Source: Negativicutes bacterium
Lineage (GTDB): Bacteria; Bacillota; Negativicutes; UBA1444
NCBI GenBank assembly: GCA_963665275.2
Contig: CAXXIN010000017.1
Location: 64,001-128,000 of the forward strand
Length of the DNA: 64,000 bases
Direction of reading: 5' to 3'
The notes below the pieces were generated by a model. That model saw nothing but the letters and a program-made list of their open reading frames with translations, was not told where the DNA came from and did not search any database. Shown piece by piece: positions 58,859-64,000 of this stretch; position 1 is the first letter of the stretch; each line of letters starts with the position of its first letter. Made by a program: the position numbers and the translations under genes.

Positions 58859-59182
58859 TTACTCAGCATTTGAAGAAATACTTTCCAAACGCCGTTTCAC
58901 TTGTTGCAACTGCATTTCCAAAAAATTCATTTGATTGGTCAACAACTCTTTTTCATTACCAACGGGATCATTTACACCAGCGTATGGCTGAGTCATAAAT
59001 CGGTTTCGCGCCTGTAAGCCAGCTCCACGCATCATTCCACCAGTACCACGCCGGCAACCAAAGCCACCAAACATACCTGGAGTGTTCATTGCGCCCGGCA
59101 CAGCAAACCCTGAACAAAAACCGGCGCCACGCCCTGTCTTTGAACCCATTCCCATCGGACCGGTTCCATCTCCTCTTGGCAT
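58859..59182 (-). CDS. DUF5320-family protein
   Basis: MPRGDGTGPMG..TGRGAGFC, C-terminal coiled coil. Confidence 0.85.
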   Translation of the reverse strand: MPRGDGTGPMGMGSKTGRGAGFCSGFAVPGAMNTPGMFGGFGCRRGTGGMMRGAGLQARNRFMTQPYAGVNDPVGNEKELLTNQMNFLEMQLQQVKRRLESISSNAE

Positions 59183-59237
59183 ATTTTTTCACTCCTTAAT
59201 TATTTTTTCGGCATCATACGATTTCGATTCGGCACCG

Positions 59238-59291
59238 TTATTGTCATATGCCCATAATTATAGTAACTCAGTTACGGATATATGTCAACAA
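59238..59291 (-). promoter_or_regulatory. Promoter TTGACA-17-TACTAT with two 20-bp operators
   Basis: TTATTGTCATATGCCCATAA (59238) and TTACGGATATATGTCAACAA (59272). Confidence 0.75.
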
Positions 59292-59396
59292 CTATTTTTT
59301 TCTCGCTCCCCAGTACGTTTGTACAAATTTGAACTCAGCCTTTTCTTGGCGGTACCGTTTGAAAAGGTAATTGGTTTCACAGCATCGGCAGAGCCA

Positions 59397-59801
59397 TTGA
59401 GAAATATTGCAATAGACATTTTTAAATTGCTATCTGCAATCTTAATTCTCGTGTTTTTCTTGGCAGGCTTCCCTATTTCAAGCGTATGTTTTTCGGAAAT
59501 CCAGCAACATATCACCGAAAAAGACGCGGAGGGAAATGAAATCACGCTTCTGGCGAAATGTGAACCGGACAGAAATGTTCCCCAATGGAGAATTTGTCAT
59601 AAATTCGCCGAGAGCCGTTTGAGCGCTCTGCAGGTGATCGATATTTTGTCCGCCCTTCAGGAAGACTGGTGTGAAAATACTGCCGGTATCTATCTGAAAC
59701 GCAGCTATCAGTTGCCTCACTGCCCATACACACAGATATATAAGAACAAATTTCAACCAAAACAACACTTCTTCGCTCCTGCGCTTCCCCTTTTGGGCTG
59801 A
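59397..59801 (+). CDS. Possible exported hypothetical protein
   Basis: TTG start and a hydrophobic signal-like stretch KLLSAILILVFFLAGF; weak RBS and no recognisable domain. Confidence 0.3.
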   Translation: MRNIAIDIFKLLSAILILVFFLAGFPISSVCFSEIQQHITEKDAEGNEITLLAKCEPDRNVPQWRICHKFAESRLSALQVIDILSALQEDWCENTAGIYLKRSYQLPHCPYTQIYKNKFQPKQHFFAPALPLLG

Positions 59802-59927
59802 ATACCGACAACGCCGACAACTTCAAGTAGCACTTGATCACATCTTCAGCGTAACCGCAATAGGCGCTTTTTTTTGAAGCTTGATACATTTACACATAAA
59901 TATTCTGCTTGATTAAATAGTATTTTA

Positions 59928-59962
59928 TGTTATAATCCTAATATCTTAATATATTAATATTA
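59928..59962 (+). promoter_or_regulatory. Extended -10 (TGTTATAAT) followed by an AT-rich palindrome, probable ArsR operator
   Basis: AATATCTTAATATATTAATATT directly upstream of the arsR-like gene. Confidence 0.5.
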
Positions 59963-59984
59963 TAATTATTGTAGAGGAAGTTTC

Positions 59985-60299
59985 ATGTTGCACATTTATC
60001 GGACAGACCCTGAATTGTTCATAGCTCTGGCAGATACTCTAAAGGCCTTGGCCCATCCCCAAAGGCTTTGCATCGTCAAGACTTTGTGCGAAAAGAAACA
60101 GTCGAATGTAACCGATATGCAAATTTGCCTTGGCGAAGCGCAATCCACTGTTTCCCAACATCTGTCCAAACTGAAATCGGCAAAAATCATTACTGGGAAG
60201 AGAGAAGGAACGACCATCTTCTATTCACTTTATGATGAAAAAACCCGAAAGCTGGTTCAATCACTCCTAAATGAATTCTTCCCGGAAACGAAACCATAA
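59985..60299 (+). CDS. ArsR/SmtB family regulator
   Basis: LKALAHPQRLCIV, QSTVSQHLSKLK, REGTTIFYSL. Confidence 0.9.
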   Translation: MLHIYRTDPELFIALADTLKALAHPQRLCIVKTLCEKKQSNVTDMQICLGEAQSTVSQHLSKLKSAKIITGKREGTTIFYSLYDEKTRKLVQSLLNEFFPETKP

Positions 60300-60338
60300 G
60301 ACCGAAATCTACCAAATTATATGAGGAGGATGAAGTTA

Positions 60339-61712
60339 ATGAAAAAAACGGATCTGTTAGTGATTGGGGGAAGCGCCGGGGGGGTTCTCTCTGCCACAAC
60401 GGCAAGAAAAGCATATGGAAACATCGACATCACCCTGATTCGTGAAACTGAAAATGTCATGGTTCCCTGTGGTATACCTTACATCTATGGAACCTTGCAT
60501 AACACAGACAAAAATGTAATGCCGGATACTGGTCTGATAGATTCAGGCGTTCACATAATTGTCGATCGAGTTACAAGTATTGATCGACATACAAAGACCA
60601 TAACAACGGAAAAAAACGAAACCATCGAATACAAGAAATTAATCCTGGCTACTGGTTCCCTCCCCATTATCCCCACTTTCATTCCTGGACATAATTTGGA
60701 AAATGTGTTTTCTGTTTTGAAAAATCAGGACTACTTGAATTCGCTCCTCGATAAAGTGCAAACCGTTAAAAATGTTACAGTTATTGGCGGTGGTTTTATC
60801 GGAGTTGAGTTCGCAGAGCAGATTTGTTTACTAGGAAAAAATGTTACATTGATTGAATTAGCGGATGCTTGTTTATGGCAAGCTTTTGACCGGACTTTTA
60901 CCGATGACATCGAAGCTTCCTTAAAGGCAAAGGGTATCCATCTCTTGACAGGAACCAAAGTCAAAAAAATTATCGGTACAAACACAGTGGAAGCTGTTGA
61001 ATTAGAGAACGGCGAATTGATTCCGGCGGATTTGGTGATCCTGGGGATGGGAGTCAAACCCAATGCTGCATTGGCAAAAGCTGCAGGTCTCGAATTAAAT
61101 GGCAAAGGAGCCATTGTTGTCGATCAATATACAAGAACTTCCGATCCCAATATTTTTGCCGTTGGCGACTGTGCTGAAAAAAAATGCTTCTTTACCGGAA
61201 AAGATGCCCCGGTTCTTCTGGCGTCAACTGCGGCAATGGAAGCGAAAATCGCGGGCTGCAATGCGTTCCAGTTGAGGCTCATTCGCGCAAACAAAGGAAC
61301 AATCAGTGCATTTTCTACAAAAATATTTGGCAAAACATTTGCCGCTGCCGGCCTTACCGAAGCCAGAACCTCTCAGGAAGGATTCAGTGTCATGGTCGGT
61401 GATTTCACGACCATGGACCGCCACCCCGGTTGTTTGCCGGGCTCACAAAAAACTACCATCAAATTGATCTTTTCCAAGTGCTCTGGCGTCATTCTCGGCG
61501 CACAGATTTCCGGAGGAGACTCAACCGCCGAAATAATCAACATATTGAGTTTGGCTATTCAAAAGGACATGACAGCGACAGAGCTCAACACTTTCCAAGT
61601 GGCAACTCATCCATTAGTCTCGGCCTCACCGGTAGCTTATCCAATTAATGCCGCCGCTATGAATGCCATTGCTCTAAATTGCAGACACTTAAACGAAGGC
61701 TTAATAATCTAA
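60339..61712 (+). CDS. NADH-dependent flavoprotein disulfide reductase (CoADR/NADH oxidase family)
   Basis: GGSAGG, PCGIPY redox Cys, GGGFIGVE, FAVGDC, THP. Confidence 0.9.
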   Translation: MKKTDLLVIGGSAGGVLSATTARKAYGNIDITLIRETENVMVPCGIPYIYGTLHNTDKNVMPDTGLIDSGVHIIVDRVTSIDRHTKTITTEKNETIEYKKLILATGSLPIIPTFIPGHNLENVFSVLKNQDYLNSLLDKVQTVKNVTVIGGGFIGVEFAEQICLLGKNVTLIELADACLWQAFDRTFTDDIEASLKAKGIHLLTGTKVKKIIGTNTVEAVELENGELIPADLVILGMGVKPNAALAKAAGLELNGKGAIVVDQYTRTSDPNIFAVGDCAEKKCFFTGKDAPVLLASTAAMEAKIAGCNAFQLRLIRANKGTISAFSTKIFGKTFAAAGLTEARTSQEGFSVMVGDFTTMDRHPGCLPGSQKTTIKLIFSKCSGVILGAQISGGDSTAEIINILSLAIQKDMTATELNTFQVATHPLVSASPVAYPINAAAMNAIALNCRHLNEGLII

Positions 61713-61754
61713 GCGCCTGTATTGAAGCTAAACAGTAAAAAGCAGCAAAGTCTA

Positions 61755-61972
61755 GTGTGAGAGATCGGCTACTCATTATTTGAGTAGCCGATCTCTTACA
61801 CCACCGTACGTAGCGTTCGGGATACGGCGGTCCAATAACTTGAGTGCAATACCTCGTATCTTTCGGCTATGTCGTCATAACCAATGGACGCGAGGTATTC
61901 GTTTGTTAATGACCGACTCAAGACCCAGCTCCCGGCCAATACTCCAACCGCGTGTTCGCCCATTCTCTGGCA
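61755..61972 (-). mobile_element. 3' remnant of a class C (IIC) group II intron: maturase C-terminus, domain V and altered domain VI
   Basis: AREWANTR...WVLSRSLTNEYLASIGY maturase tail; domain V GGACCGCCGTATCCCGAACGCTACGTACGGTGGTGT at 61833-61798 with a CGC triad. Confidence 0.85.
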
Positions 61973-61974
61973 CT

Positions 61975-62208
61975 TTATAATGTCCCCATGGGTTGAGCAG
62001 CTCCTAAAAATCCCAATACTTTTAGTGCCTCGCGAACAGGAACCCGACTAACACCAAGCATTTGAGCCAAATCTCGCTCCGATGGTAACTAATCCCCGTC
62101 CTTCAAGTTTCCCGTCCCTATCCATTGCCAATATGCTCTACAATCTTCCGGTAGAGCCTCTGTGTCTTCTCTTGCGTTACGATCTATTGGCGTAATGTCT
62201 ACGAACAT
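61975..62208 (-). pseudogene. GntR/FadR-family regulator N-terminal fragment
   Basis: G*LPSERDLAQMLGVSRVPVREALKVL with an in-frame TAG; truncated at the intron remnant. Confidence 0.8.
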
Positions 62209-62235
62209 TTTCCTTCCTTACAACTTTGAAAATTT

Positions 62236-62268
62236 TGAAGGGTATTGGTACTGCCAATACCCTTCAAT
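62236..62268. repeat. Inverted repeat adjacent to the IS left end
   Basis: TTGAAGGGTATTGG-TACTG-CCAATACCCTTCAA. Confidence 0.6.
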
Positions 62269-62270
62269 AG

Positions 62271-63278
62271 GATAACGTGTCCTAAAGTTGCGCACATTTG
62301 AAAAAAGAGTTGTCACGGATGGGCCAACCCGTGTATGTTGAAGGTGCTAGCCACACAACATACGAAAGGAAGGGATCATCCGTGACTGACACTATTATAA
62401 CTCTCAATGAACAAACCTTGAAGAACCAACTGGGAGAACTTGTTCGAACCAGCGTGGAAGAAACGCTGAACAAGATGCTCGGCGCCGAAGCCGATCAGCT
62501 CACCAATGCCGCCAGGTACGAAAGAAACGCACAGAGAAAAGATACCCGCGCTGGTCACTATAAACGCAAACTTACTACCAAGGCAGGTGAAGTTACCTTG
62601 AACGTTCCCAAACTTCGCCATCTCCCTTTTGAAACCGCCATTATCGAACGCTACAAACGGCGGGAAAGCAGCATCGAAGAAGCCCTGATCGAAATGTATC
62701 TGGCGGGCGTTTCCGTTCGCCGGATTGAAGATATTACCGAAGTCCTCTTGGGCAGTAAAGTTTCTGCCGGTACCAGCAGCGAGATGAATAAGAAAGTCTA
62801 CGGTCACATTGAAGAATGGCGAAATCGCCAGCTTAAGTCAACCTATCCTTACGTCTACTTTGACGGCATCTATCTAAAACGCTGTTGGGGCGGTTCGTAC
62901 GACAATGTAGCTATATTGGTGGCCTTGGCCGTAGATGAAGATGGATATCGGGAAATCATCGGTTGCGCCGAAGGCGGCCGGGAAGACAAGGAAAGCTGGT
63001 TGAACTTCTTGCGCGGTTTGAAAGAACGAGGCCTTTCCGGCATGAAACTGAGCGTTGGGGATCGATGTCCGGGATTTGCCGAAGCCCTCGGAGAAGTATT
63101 TCCAGAAGCGAAGTTTCAACCTTGCGTCGTTCATTTCTACCGAAACGTCTTCTCGGTAACCCCTCTTTCCAAAGGCAAGGAAGTAGCCGCCATGCTAAAA
63201 GCAATTCACGCGCAGGACGATCTAGAGAGTGCCCGAGAGAAGGCAAAGTTAAGCATGGAACTATGGGTTTGTATCTGA
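62271..63278 (+). mobile_element. Truncated IS256-family element (transposase GTG 62382-63278, C-terminus and right end missing)
   Basis: RAGHYKRKL, VPKLR, EMYLAGVSVRR, YPYVYFDG, GYREIIG, Q.CVVHFYRN. Left end ..GTGTCCTAAAGTTGCGCAC resembles IS256 terminal repeats. Confidence 0.9.
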
Positions 63279-63284
63279 AGGTGA

Positions 63285-64000
63285 CTAAAATGTTAGCCCA
63301 AGTCTCGCAAACGCACGTTGTGGCGTTTCCTCATTTGTTAAAATAACTTCGGTATTAGAATTAGAAAATACATAAGATGGCCCTTTGCTAGTGAAATCAC
63401 TTTTGACTAAGACTGCATCAACCTTATTTTGCGTTAGAAATTCTGCTGTTAAAATCCCTTTGCCTTTTTCTATTTTGCTATAAGGATTATTAAGGATATC
63501 AACTTTACCAGCAACTTTTTCCCCTGTTCTAAATGTCACAAGCATGAAACAAGATGCTTCGCCAAAATGAGAGTTGATCGAAGCTTGATCATCTGTTAAC
63601 GGAAGAACATAAACAGTTTCTGCCTTCTGTAATGGTTCATAATGAATAAGGACCTGATCAATACTCTTGATCTCGTCTTTGATATGACGCTCAATTTTAT
63701 CTGTTATAAAATGAGCTTTATCTAAGTTGTGAGTTTTTATTACAATACCCACTTCTATAAATTTGAATCGTCCAGAATTGCGTCCGGTTAATTTTTTCAG
63801 TTCAATAACTTGAGGTGTATTGACAATGATCTTTTCTACTTTGCTAAGAGTCTCATAATCCAAGGAAGCATCTAGAAGGACCTTGGTTCCGTCTATCAAT
63901 ATTTGAAAGCCAGTCTTGGCAATAAACCCAACTATAATGAAAGCGGCTATTTTGTCAAATTGATAACCGATCAAGTTGGAGATAATGGCTAATAAAGCGA
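63285..64000 (-). CDS. Cation diffusion facilitator, C-terminal part, fused to a NifB/NifX domain (runs off the window)
   Basis: D.IAAFII..VLLD, GRNSG, AHFITD, IHYEP, then INSHFGEA and KGKGI. Confidence 0.85.
   Translation of the reverse strand, partial: ALLAIISNLIGYQFDKIAAFIIVGFIAKTGFQILIDGTKVLLDASLDYETLSKVEKIIVNTPQVIELKKLTGRNSGRFKFIEVGIVIKTHNLDKAHFITDKIERHIKDEIKSIDQVLIHYEPLQKAETVYVLPLTDDQASINSHFGEASCFMLVTFRTGEKVAGKVDILNNPYSKIEKGKGILTAEFLTQNKVDAVLVKSDFTSKGPSYVFSNSNTEVILTNEETPQRAFARLGLTF

Noticed and set aside
62079-62100. In-frame TAG in the gntR fragment as pyrrolysine recoding
   Set aside because: The gene is also frameshifted and truncated, and no pyl genes are visible, so it is a pseudogene.

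Overview
This is a bacterial chromosome segment, most likely from an anaerobic diderm Firmicute (Negativicutes/Sporomusaceae-like). The basis is Firmicute-style sigma-A promoters and riboswitches together with TonB/ExbBD and outer-membrane barrels. Five blocks are visible. (1) 1-26.7 kb, all minus strand, is a cobalamin island with five B12 riboswitches, a TonB receptor, ExbBD-TonB, an unusual ECF transporter, a beta-propeller protein, a ferredoxin, CobN, ChlI/ChlD-type ATPases, an exported CbiK, a porin-like protein, a SPASM radical SAM enzyme, a MenK/MqnK-like methyltransferase and an ABC exporter. Deleted remnants of cbiK and the menK-like gene record an old operon duplication. (2) 26.9-35.8 kb holds a sulfur/persulfide module (YeeE pair, CoA-disulfide reductase-rhodanese, CGGC, DUF1847, DUF134), a USP, an ABC exporter and an ArsR-permease unit. 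(3) 35.9-44 kb is an envelope module: serine hydrolase, MacAB-like exporter, DUF2680-like protein and an OmpR-type two-component system, with shared tandem boxes. (4) 44-59.3 kb holds CoxD/CoxE-like chaperones and an Orange-protein (ORP)-like Fe-S/metal cluster, interrupted by NrdR-controlled nrdDG. (5) 60-64 kb holds ArsR plus a flavoprotein disulfide reductase, a group IIC intron remnant, a gntR pseudogene, a truncated IS256 and a CDF-NifX fusion. The most novel signal is a paired 20-bp palindrome (TTATnnn-CATATG-nnnATAA) over four promoters of the ORP-like cluster, with a variant in the sulfur module, which suggests DUF134 proteins are autoregulating repressors. Many single-base homopolymer insertions (0.6-1.9 kb, 4.5 kb, 26-32.5 kb) look like sequencing errors. 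All family assignments come from reading motifs by eye, not from database searches.
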